Source of the DNA: Nemertoderma westbladi
Taxonomy: Eukaryota; Animalia; Xenacoelomorpha
Assembly: GCA_032718475.1 (NCBI GenBank)
Contig: JAUCBJ010008321.1
Coordinates: 1 to 46,399 of the forward strand
Reading direction: 5' to 3'
DNA: 46,399 nt
The position numbers and the translations under genes were made by a program. Shown piece after piece: positions 36,388 to 46,399 of this stretch. Below the pieces are notes generated by a model. The model saw nothing but the letters and a program-made list of their open reading frames with translations, was not told the origin of the DNA and did not search any database. Every line of letters starts with the position of its first letter. Position 1 is the stretch's first letter.

Positions 36388-36583
36388 TTTAGGTTAGAGA
36401 TTCGAACAATAGAACGGGGCCCACGGCCCAACCGAATATTGCAGTATGCTGGTATTGGAATAATAATATTAATACGGTATATGTATCATTAGCAGTGCCG
36501 GTAGCACTTTAATTTGATACTGTAGTGCAGTATCAAAGTATGCAGTAGTGCAGTAGTGGGCCTATTAGTTTTACAGTAGGTAT

Positions 36584-37167
36584 CAGGGCTGGCAAAGTAG
36601 GTTTTTTAGCACCTAGGTTTTTTTTAAATCACCTACTTTTGAAAATTGCATCAAAAATAGGTTTTTTAGGTTTTTTTAGTTAAATTTACTTTAAAATACA
36701 GAAATAGGGGTGCTTTGCCTTTTGGGACAACTTCACTTTGCCCGATATTTTCTTGATCAACATAAACACTGTTTGTCAGCAATTAATTAATTAATTAATA
36801 ATAAATTTTTGTGCTAACTGTACTAGGCAATACTATATAGAGCATTAATAGGAGATTCTAACAGTATACATTTTATAGCTGTAGCGCTGTAGGCCTATTG
36901 CCTATAGCCAGATAGTAGTATAGCAGATAGTGCTAATGCTAATTATACCAGTATACACATGCATCCTCTATACACTATAATCAGATAATCGAATTTGTTC
37001 AAATTATATTAATTATAGAATTTTGTAATATCTATATACGGATATAACTGCAGAACTGTATAACAGTATAATAAAAAACCTTAAAAACCTAAAAAACCTT
37101 TAGGTTTTATTAAAAAACCTAAGCAAAAAACCTAAACCTATTTTTTTTTAGGTTTTTTCCACCCCTG
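36584..37167. mobile_element. hAT-type MITE ~200 bp upstream of the NCAPG2 start codon
   Basis: CAGGGCTGGCAAA ... TTTTCCACCCCTG (11/13 TIR); 8-bp TSD GTAGGTAT at 36576-36583 and 37168-37175; subterminal TAGGTTTTT/AAAAACCT repeats. Confidence 0.85.
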
Positions 37168-37279
37168 GTAGGTATATCACTATATGAACAGCACGAGCAC
37201 AGTAACTCACATGATTAAAGGTACTAAGGCCTATAAATTAAATAAGGATATGATATTGAACATTTAAGTACGTATAGTA

Positions 37280-37498
37280 TCAGTACGGACTACGGAGGAC
37301 TACGTAGGACAGTCAATTACAGTAGGACGAACAGACGAAGCTAGTGCAGTAGTGCTAAGGGTACCAGTACGTAGGACTACGTAGGACAGTCAATTACAGT
37401 AGGACGAACAGACGAAGCTAGTGCTAAGGATACCAGTACGTACGACTACGGAGGCAGGGAGGACAGTCAATGACAGTAGCACGAAGCTAGTGCTAAGT
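37280..37498. repeat. ~65-75 bp tandem repeat, ~3 copies
   Basis: AGGACAGTCAAT(T/G)ACAGTAG...ACGAAGCTAGTGC repeated. Confidence 0.8.
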
Positions 37499-38906
37499 GC
37501 AAAATGAAGTGCTAGTGCATACAGTAACTAAAAGCATGAAAAGGCCTAGAGCAAACTACCGAAAATACGAATACAACAGTACAGCAGTAGTAATACAGTA
37601 ATATGTAATACCGGTACTATACTAATGTCGAATATAGTATTATAGGCCTAGTTCTGTAGTTATAGAACATTATTTTATTTGAAAAATACTACAATTTTTC
37701 TTACTATTAATTTTTTTAAAAATTCGCCTGGGACACCGGGCCTACCACCTACTGCTGTACTGTATTCCATATTCAAGTACCCGCATTACAGCATTACTGT
37801 ATTACACGTTCGTGGGGCCTTCGCGCAGCACGAGGTCCAGTTATGAGATACAAATTAAAATTAAGCGACTGTATCACAAAATCAGGTTTTGAGAAATTTA
37901 CCCACACCACCAATCAATCGGTTGCAGGTACAAATGAAATACACATTGCAGTTACTAAAATAAAAGTGGCGCATATTATTGTACATTTACAACAACAATT
38001 ATATAAATGCAATATGCCTGATCCCTATTAATGTACTTTGTACCGCCAATTCTGTAATTCAATAACGCAAAGCCGCGTTTACTGTACAGCAGCACGTAAT
38101 ATATTTGATACTTATTATACTAACTAAACTAACAAACCGCAAGGCCTACTTACCGAAATAAATTAACTTTCAGTTAAATACAATATACTTGTTTGCTCTG
38201 TAAAAATTTTAATTAAAAACAATCCTGCCATTTAATATACCTAATATATACCTAATATATAATTATTATACCTAATATACCTATACCTATACCTAATATA
38301 TAATTATTATACCTAAATTGCGTAAGCAGTATGAATTGGAATGAAATTGTGAAATAATTTATTTAAACTATTATGTACATTTAGATTAAATAATAATACA
38401 GTAAGTTGGCCTACAGAAATAAACATTGATATTCGGAACAGTAAAACAATTATTTATTTCATTCATTCAACTAACCAGAGAGACTCTTCGTGGCTCGCCC
38501 CACAGTATTAAGATTATAAAATTGTATGTACGTACAGTTTCAGTAGGCCCTACCTGCCTACTACAGTACAATACTACCAGACTGCCAGAACTCCTTTTTA
38601 CCGGTCCACATTGACATTGTAGCTCGTCATGCTGTCAGCCTGTCTGTAACTGTCCTGTATGGCAGGGGTAGAAATATCTTACCGGTATACACAATTTACT
38701 TTCATTTTCTTAATGTGTGAGCTGCGAGTGCTGAAATATTTGTTTACTTTTCTTATCTGATTTTTGGAAAAATAGCAATGCAACGGAGTCACTTTCTTAA
38801 AAAAAACAAGCGCGAAATCGCGCAAAGGTCCGCGTCTACTAACAGACTTACGCATGAACTGTCTCCTTGAATGGCTTTACTACCAATCTTACAACAAAAA
38901 ACATTC

Positions 38907-38981
38907 ACCGGAATGGGGGGATTGAACTCTCGGTCCCTAGAGATTCCAAGTCCCACGCTCTGCCAACTGAGCCACTGGCAG
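38907..38981 (-). pseudogene. Degenerate tRNA-like sequence (pseudo-tRNA or SINE head; TGG in anticodon position)
   Basis: A box TGGCTCAGTTGG, D-stem GCTC/GAGC and B box GAGTTCAATCC are present; the T-stem is mismatched and the acceptor stem does not pair. Confidence 0.6.
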
Positions 38982-39070
38982 ACTGGGGCCATATCAAGCC
39001 TTAATACCAAAACCCAACGAGAAATTAGCAACACCAACAACAACAAACAACAGCAACAACGGAGTGAATA

Positions 39071-39094
39071 CTAGAGGTCTCGCTACGCGGACCT
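39071..39094 (-). mobile_element. Helitron-like 3' terminus (hairpin + CTAG)
   Basis: Minus strand reads AGGTCCGCGTAGCGAGACCT-CTAG|T, next to a (CAA)n run. Confidence 0.4.
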
Positions 39095-40524
39095 AAAAAC
39101 TGGGCTGTCATCTCTTTACTGTGGCTCGAAATATCCCAAAATGTATTCTCTACTAAAAATAATTATCCTTCCATAATAAATTGGGTTTATGTGAAAAATA
39201 ATGTTATAGGCCTACTACCCTAATCACATACCTTATAGGCCTACACAACACATACTGATCAATTATTATTGGGAGCTATTGTAACAACGCAAAACAAGTT
39301 TCAGTAGGCCTATATAATATAAAGTAGCTTAGATGAACTGTATACGAAACCAGGCCGTATTTACAAGCCAAATATCACAGGTGTTAATTTAACTTAGGCC
39401 TAAAAGTCTTACATCCTCAAACTGTCCTCACTGTAAGCTGATTTAATGAGACCGTTAAAATTACTCAACCGTAAATCATTTTAATAATGGAGAATTAATG
39501 ATTGACGCGGTATAATTCGTAATTAATACTGTACATCGCCTTTAGGCAGTTGATGGGAACAGAAAAGGTTTCATAGAATTAACTATTACAGTATATTATA
39601 CAGTAGCTTATCTGCCAGCACTACCTTGGAATGTGGAATCATTATTTTATTCGAAAATTGTTACATTACAATTTAACTCAAGATTACAACTTTCCACGAT
39701 ACAACTGTATTTTAATATCGAAGTAATGTCGACTTAAACATTTTTTGACTGTATGCAGGCCTAATTAGTATGAAAAGAGAGTATTTATCTGAATTATCAA
39801 TTTAATCAATTTTTTTAAATAAATATTCGTTTTGTAGTTGTATAATAATTGTGAAACAAACAAACTTTACAGAACTCGTCGCAGTTTTTTTTATTTGCAC
39901 CTTGGTGTAGCGGTTGCACTTAATTCACATATCTTGGATGTCGAGGGTTCAACCGCCGCAAGTGGGCCAATATAGTTTTCGTTTCGGCACGAATGCTTTG
40001 AAGGGTGTAGCAAGGGCGCATCCTTAAATGATAGTTTAATGAGCACTGTACTTTTTTACTTTTTAGTTTTACTAAATGACTTTTTTTATTTTTTTTGGTT
40101 CCACGTTCGAGACACATGCTAAATTAATTCCCATAATAATATCAAGCCATTCTGTTGAACCAATTCCTCAGAGGAAGCGTAATAGTCCAATGTATTGACA
40201 AACACACGTGCCTTTAACCCTGTATATGTGCTTACCTATCTATTCTCAAAAATACTGTACAAAAAATTTAGCCACCTTATACTTAGTCCAGCTTCTTAGA
40301 GGAAATGCGATATTAAGATAGGTTAAATTTTACGGTGATCTAGTATTTTTTTTTAATTCCTATTAAACAGTATTTTTTGTGAATTTAAAATCCACATTAT
40401 TATTGGCTAATTATTTAACCGTCCTGTTTAAATGCAACTCACAAGAAAATACCCGCCTTTACGGCAGTACGGTGTTACAGTACAGTACAGTACTAACTGG
40501 GGGGCTACTACAGTAGTAATTACC

Positions 40525-40715
40525 ATCAATCACGCACTAATCATTAGCCGCAAGAGCCCGCCCCTATCCGATTTCACGCACTAATGGTCCCATTGATAAC
40601 CCACAGGGAGGGAGCTATGGACAATGTTATCTGATCTGATTGGATGAGGTGCTTTGTAGGTTCCTATTGCGCAGTGATTTGGCCCCAGTGTATATACCCA
40701 ACTCTGATTGGTAGG
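40525..40715 (+). promoter_or_regulatory. Candidate promoter/enhancer cluster upstream of Wnt11
   Basis: GC box CCCGCCCC (~40557), two CTGATTGG (reverse CCAAT) boxes (~40636, ~40704) and a direct repeat TCACGCACTAAT (~40530, ~40574) in a locally GC-richer patch. Confidence 0.3.
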
Positions 40716-42501
40716 ACTGGTAGATATACAATAAACCATTGATAGCGAGCCCTTAGATCAGTTAGTAGAGGAACGATTTGGGATTTACCGCTTAGCCAAG
40801 TTCTTGTGATACTTAGAAATTTTTTCTTTCATTATTCGTAAAAAACAGAAAGTTATTGTAATTCAAAGTCGATGAGATAATATCGATTATTAGCTCTATT
40901 AGGAATGGTTAATTGGTTGAGTTAGTTGTCGTGGTATATTAAACTAATTTGCCTAATAGTTCAAAACGTAATTCTTAAACTTTTACAAGTATTTCCGGTG
41001 ATTAAACTTTTGTACCAGTACTGTAAATATTTAATTGTCGAATTGTATTTATTATTCAATACATTTATTATTCCGCAAAAATCTGCTTAAATATCTGCTT
41101 AATTATTTTATTCTAAAATTTAACCTACAATACTTTATCGCTCAGCATCAGTCTATGGTGCTATGGTAATTGTATTAGACTTAATTTTCCGCTGTGAAAT
41201 TATATTTGAAGTGTATGGTTGAGGAGTGAGTATCACTGATGGGGAGGAGGGGACTTTCAACGCAATAAAATTTAATCCATCTAATTGTCGGCAAATAACG
41301 GCTGATTACTCCAAAAAATAAAACTGTAACCTGTTCTATTGACTTTAGTTTATATTTTTGGTTAGAATAACGCGACACTGTAACCTGTTCCTTTCTCTAA
41401 ATTGGTAATATAACATTGAGGCGGGATATTAATTCGCCGAGATGGGATTTGCGTCAAATTTTCCCCCCTGTATCTAATGTCATGGTCAAAGTGCAGTGCA
41501 CACTAAGGTCCGGGTCTCACATGATCTTTCTACTTTCAAATAACTACGTCCCGGTTCGGACATAAACATTCAACGTTAAGCCCATCAAACATCATTGAAT
41601 TGCACTTAAATCAAGGCTAGAGATGATTGCCTTCAACATTAAAGTAAGATAGAACATATAGAATTATATGTTTTTGTCGGTTTATTTCATCGACACCTAT
41701 AAAATCAACCAATTTGTGGACTAGGACTTCTCAACTGGAACGATAACTAAATATTTTCTTAAACGATATTTATGTGACCATAAAAAACAACTTCTGTTTG
41801 TAAATTTTTTTTAAATCTTCATAAATCGATGAAGAAGGCCAGGTAATTTTTCCAGAATTGCTGATGAATGATAAACAAATCAATTGAGTGATTGAAGCCA
41901 GCCAGAGGCCCAGGTACAATACTATTACAAAATATAAATCTTTTGGATTTAGTGACGAGCAAATCCGATTAAATTGATTGCTTCTTAGATTGGTACAGTT
42001 CGTGAGCGTTGACTAGTCTCACTGCACGCCATATAACGTAGGGGAGGGATCCCATCCCACGCTGCTGGGACCAGCTACAGGCTTGGAACGCAGCAGAAAG
42101 TATCGATTTACCTGTGTTTGTAAGCTTTTAGATATTATAACCCTGGAGATATAATTGGCCTTTCAGAATATTTCCCCGTAAATAATGCATTATTCATATG
42201 GTAGGGGGATGCATCTGAGGCTGCAGCTACTCACTGGGTGCGTGATTGTGTTGGGGATATCGTATGTGGCAGCCCACCACGTCAACGGTTCACATTCGAC
42301 AAGGTTGCCTCATTATAACTCCAATTTATTTTTTTTATTTCATTCATTTTATTTTATTAAAACTTTGCTCGCGTATTTTTATTTAGTAACTTGAAGATTA
42401 AAATTAGAATTTAATATTTTCGTTTTTTATATTTGATCTATATTTCATATTGGACAGAATATTTACTCACAACAAACTGAATGTTAGTATTCTATAGAGG
42501 A

Positions 42502-42614
42502 ATGATGCATTCTCCCTGCGGATGGAAAATGTTCTACTGGATTCCATTAGAAATTCTTATTCTAACTTTCATTCTCGTACAACACAATTCATATGTTCAC
42601 TCAATAAAATGGCT
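42502..42614 (+). CDS. WNT11: Wnt11 signal-peptide exon
   Basis: MMHSPCGWKMFYWIPLEILILTFILVQHNSYVHSIKW(L): hydrophobic stretch ending in the Wnt11-typical IKWL, with a phase-2 donor CT|GTAAGT. Confidence 0.75.
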
Positions 42615-42956
42615 GTAAGTTTAATTTAATGTAATTATTTTTTAAATATTAAATTGTAATAATTTACAGTATTTGAATTAAGGTTTTTAAGGTGATTTGA
42701 GAGAAGGATAAAATCAACTGGTGTGGAGAAGATCTCAACAAATTTTATATTTTATATTCATTTGATGTTTTGCCAGGGAGTTTAGTAAAAATATGTAGTA
42801 CTCCATACTCTCCCTTAAATATTAAATAATTCAATATTATTATTAATTGCTGTGGAGAAAATCAAAGGTTTTTTTATCATATTAGATAATTATGAATAGT
42901 GAAACATACGTTTGTTTTACAGCCTTATATAATAATTACTATTATATTTTTTCAAG

Positions 42957-43192
42957 GGAAATAATGCACGCCAATGATAATTCTACGTGGGATTTTCCGG
43001 AGCATTGCAAACAAGTACCGAGTCTCTTGTCGAAACAACGGAAGATGTGTCGTCGTAACGTTGACATCATGAAGAGTCTGGAGGTGGCTGGCGACGTCAT
43101 AACCAACGAGTGTTTGCATCAGTTCAAACACAAGAGATGGAATTGTTCGACTATACGATTCGCACCGAACTTCTTACCAGATTTGAATCGCG
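42957..43192 (+). CDS. WNT11: Wnt11 exon (N-terminal Wnt domain); gene incomplete in the window
   Basis: HCKQ...Q...CRRNVDIM...ECLHQFKHKRWNCSTIRFAPNFLPDLNRG: the RWNCS Wnt motif plus the APNxxxDLxRG pattern of Wnt11. Acceptor TTTTCAAG|, donor G|GTTAGT. Confidence 0.88.
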
Positions 43193-43441
43193 GTTAGTGA
43201 ATACAAATTAGTATAATACTAGCCCTCCACACACAGATTGATGAGAAGTTTGAGGTCTCTTTACCGCCATTCTCTTAAACAAAAGTTACGTCACATCCTG
43301 CAGGGCGATGCTCGGTTTTATCAAAGGGTCGTACATTTAATCATGTTGTAATATGAGAATCACAGGATGTATTCTCATATTTCTTGCGAAATGTTGAGCA
43401 ACTTATTTTTTTCCCTACCATAGTTAGTTTAGGCTAAAAGC

Positions 43442-43740
43442 GGTTGGGTGCAACCTTCGCCCGCGTCCAACCTTCGCCCGCGTCCAACCTTCGCCCGCAA
43501 GACAATATTCGCCCGCGAGCAACCTTCGTCCAATACAATTTGTGTTAGTAACCATTTTTAGTTACCAATTGAGGGAAAGGAGCAGGTTAAAGAGACGGCT
43601 TTTTCTAACCAAAATAATAATTTTTTAGTGGGCGAAGGTTGCTCGCGGGCGAAGTTTGCCTGCGGGCGAAGGTTTCCGCCGGGCGATAGTTGCTCATTTT
43701 GAGGGCGAAGATTGGACGCGGGCGAAGATTGCTGCGTACC
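43442..43740. mobile_element. Mutator/foldback-like MITE in a Wnt11 intron
   Basis: Arms made of CAACCTTCGCCCGCG repeats (left) and their inverse CGCGGGCGAAG(G/A)TTG (right); 9-bp TSD GCTAAAAGC at 43433-43441 and 43741-43749. Confidence 0.8.
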
Positions 43741-43869
43741 GCTAAAAGCGGGGTGCGGGGGTAACACAATACTAATTCCCAATTTATTTCATTTTATTTT
43801 ATTATTATTTCTATTACTAATAATGCTAATGTTCAATAAAGTATATGCGGATCACTTTCAATTTCATTT

Positions 43870-44410
43870 TTTCCTTAGTAAAATTGATTTTTCATAGCAA
43901 CAAGGTAACCATTGGAGGGTTGTTCTATTTTCCAGTTTCCATGACTACCGTTGTAAACAGACGTTTTGATACCATTCAAGTCTATATGAATAACTATATT
44001 TGTAAGAAAACCATAACAGATAGAAATTTGAGGTTTTTCAAATAAACTATAACGGCCATAACGGAGCCAACTGTGGTTAATCAGAAAATACAGTTACCAT
44101 GGCAACCATGCTAAACAGATGTTCAAATAGATTAAATGATAATGTAAAGCATAAGGTTAAGGTATTACGACTTGGGACCAACCCCTACCCCAACTATATC
44201 ACTTATTCTGCATCCAATTTATGTTGTTCTATTTCTCAGTTTCCATGACAACCACTGCAAATCGATCATTTGGGCATAGACTACACAATAATATATGAAA
44301 TGAAACGCGGTATGTGTCATCTGAACATCAATCTGGATCATTTTTTATTGCTTATTATTAAATTTACAATTTCAGTAATCTCTAGTTTCCATGGCAATAG
44401 GAGTTAAATA
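43870..44410 (+). mobile_element. Diverged internal fragment of the 23.7-27.6 kb Helitron-type family, opposite orientation
   Basis: GACTTGGGACCAACCCCTACCCCAACTATATCACTTATTCTGCATCC is the reverse complement of the family's body; it contains GTTACCATGGCAAC and GTTTCCATGACAAC palindromic boxes. Confidence 0.75.
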
Positions 44411-44629
44411 AATCAGAAAAATTCCATAAATTTTTTGTTATTTCATCCAGAGCATAATTTAATGGGGATTTCAAATCTGAAAACCACTGAGAGAAAATGT
44501 AAGACTGCCAGACAGTCAACCGACCGACGACCCGACTAGATTCCACCAAATATTAATACTGATATCGGCAAAGAAATCAGCGACCCCGAAAACTCCCGTG
44601 AATATAATTTTAGCTCGGTGGTGCGCTCC

Positions 44630-45330
44630 CTTCCTGTCAGACACTATTCCTCTCGTATTAAATGTACAACATGTGAGTTTGTTGTTATCTCTGTAAGATT
44701 TACAACTGCTGCCACTGACCGCTTTGGTTTCAATGTTAAATATAGTGCGGTTGGGCCGAGTGGGGTTTGGATTTGTTCTGGATTAATGTGAGCCTGGAAG
44801 GGTGTATAGAGCTTGCTATCATTGCTTGAGTGTTAGGGCGCTGAGTGTCAGGTCTGTTGCAGGTATATGGTTTATTTGTCGCACTGAAGTTACATTCATT
44901 ATGGCGCTGCTGATATAGTGCTTGGTCATGTAGTCTGCTACCTGGCTTGTACGTGACATTATTGGTTCAATTAGTATGGTTTGTTGGTTATGTGTCAATT
45001 CCCGACTAGTTATGCCTCCATTCCCGACTAGTTATGCCAGGGGGCCAGAAACCAGGTTTAATTACCTTATCCTTATCCGATAAGTTTACAACTATATGGG
45101 CATTGTATGAGTCAGTGCTCCTGTTTATTCGCATTGTGATCCGATAAACCTTAATATTCCTCAGTGCCAGGTAGTTAGTTATGTCACTTTCACCATTCTT
45201 TCTATCAATCTCGTTGATGAAGATAGAAGCACGCTGGAAATATTGCGCCCCTTGAAGGGATTTAAGTATCTTCTCAGATGAGGCAGTGGACATAGGTGAG
45301 TATTTTGTTACAGTTACACTATAAAGTTTA
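44630..45330 (-). mobile_element. Internal fragment of a non-LTR retrotransposon: ORF1 C-terminus and start of ORF2 (APE)
   Basis: SIFINEID...DITNYL...SYNAHIVV...DKVIKPGFWPPGITSREW resembles the C-terminal RRM-like domain of CR1/L2/Jockey-group ORF1p. Downstream KLTCCTFNTRGI (44680-44645) resembles the first APE endonuclease motif. Confidence 0.6.
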
Positions 45331-45425
45331 AACGAACGGATGAAGTGGTAGGCATTCACCAGCGGCAGCATAGTGTAAAGATGATAAAAAAATAAAAATA
45401 AAAAAAAAAAATAAAAAAAAAAATA

Positions 45426-46334
45426 TCCACCATTGAATACTCCCACACATCACTCCCATTCCTTGACGTCTTGACACAGATTAACAACGAAACACTAACA
45501 ACTACATTATACAAAAAACCAACTAGCAATAAACTCCCGATCCACTACAATAGCTTCCATGATAAGAAATTACTACTATCCGTAATTCGTAGCCAACTCC
45601 TACGCATCCACCGCAGATGTAGCGAGTCTAACGACTATACCAAACTCAGAGACGAATTCCTTGGCGAATGTCTACTCAGGCAGTACCCCCAGAACCTCCT
45701 TAACAAACTTAGACATTGGACTCCCCAAACTAGACCTAAAGACACTAACTCGAAACCCACATTTTACCTATCCACTAACCAACAGATGAAGGGCATATTC
45801 CAAAATACTGTACGTAGATACTCCAAAAACTACGATCTTGACATCAACATTAATGTAGTCACGAAGAACCCCACATCACTAGGACAAATACTAACCAGAA
45901 ATAAAACTCAATCGCAAACACACACAAATAACACCACTAATGAGCCATGTAACTCTAGCCGCTGCCTTACATGCAAAACTATCACTAACATACAACAGAC
46001 ACCATGGGGTGAAAAGATAAAAGGACACTATACATGTAAGTCCCACACTGTATGTTACTTGGCCTGGTGCCACTGCCACCCTACTCTATACTACATAGGC
46101 CAAACGAGACAGAAACTTCACGAACGCTTTAATGGACACCGCAACAACATACGACACTACCCCTCACGAGCCAATGACGGAAAAACACACGAAGACATAC
46201 TCCTAGCTAGGCACATATACGGTTGTGGTTTAGAAAATCTACGCACCGCAACCATAAAACAATCCACAAACATACCCGAACTACTAGCGACGGAAGCTAA
46301 CCTAATCTATACATACAACCCCCCACTTAACTAA
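45426..46334 (+). mobile_element. 5'-truncated Penelope-like retroelement: RT C-terminus/thumb + Cys linker + GIY-YIG endonuclease
   Basis: TIEYS...LPFLDV...LTTTLYKKPT...HYNSFH...SQLLRIHRRCS...YP (PLE RT end/thumb); CNSSRCLTC and C...VCYLAWC...YYIGQT...LHERFNGH (GIY-YIG with Cys/His linker, Neptune-like). Confidence 0.9.
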
Positions 46335-46399
46335 TTGAGGGAAAGGAGCAGGTTACAGAGGCGGGATTTTCTAACCAAAACAATAAACGATCATTTAAC

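Noticed and set aside
38907-38981. Functional tRNA-Pro gene
   Set aside because: Acceptor and T stems do not pair properly.
46300-46399. Hammerhead ribozyme / pseudo-LTR expected at a Penelope 3' end
   Set aside because: No CTGANGA...GAAA core is visible before the window ends.

Overview
AT-rich animal (invertebrate-like) nuclear DNA with spliceosomal introns; no prokaryotic features. Three protein-coding genes can be assembled from GT-AG junctions that stay in frame. (1) A secreted mosaic protein on + (13102-21635, 6 coding exons, ~1186 aa): signal peptide, Pro-rich linker, F-type lectin domain, VWD (GDPH)-C8-TIL, three TILa/EGF modules, three ShKT-like domains and four resistin/PCSK9-C-terminal-like modules. 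(2) Condensin II subunit CAP-G2 (NCAPG2) on - (36387-28770, 3 exons, ~1126 aa); its exon 2/intron 2 boundary is amplified into 60 in-register copies of a 42-bp unit, each carrying a CAG|GTGAG(T/C)-type splice donor and encoding a KEN motif. (3) The first coding exons of Wnt11 on + (42502-43192; the rest is not in the window). The remainder is repeat-rich: the edge of a ~2.97-kb tandem array (1-~9120), nested non-autonomous DNA elements (Kolobok-like, piggyBac-like, PIF/Harbinger-like, hAT-like, Mutator-like), three tandem Helitron-type elements with periodic RFX X-box-like palindromes, tRNA-derived SINE sequence, LINE fragments, a Penelope-like retroelement fragment and mini/microsatellites. 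All family calls come from motif recognition by eye, not from database searches.
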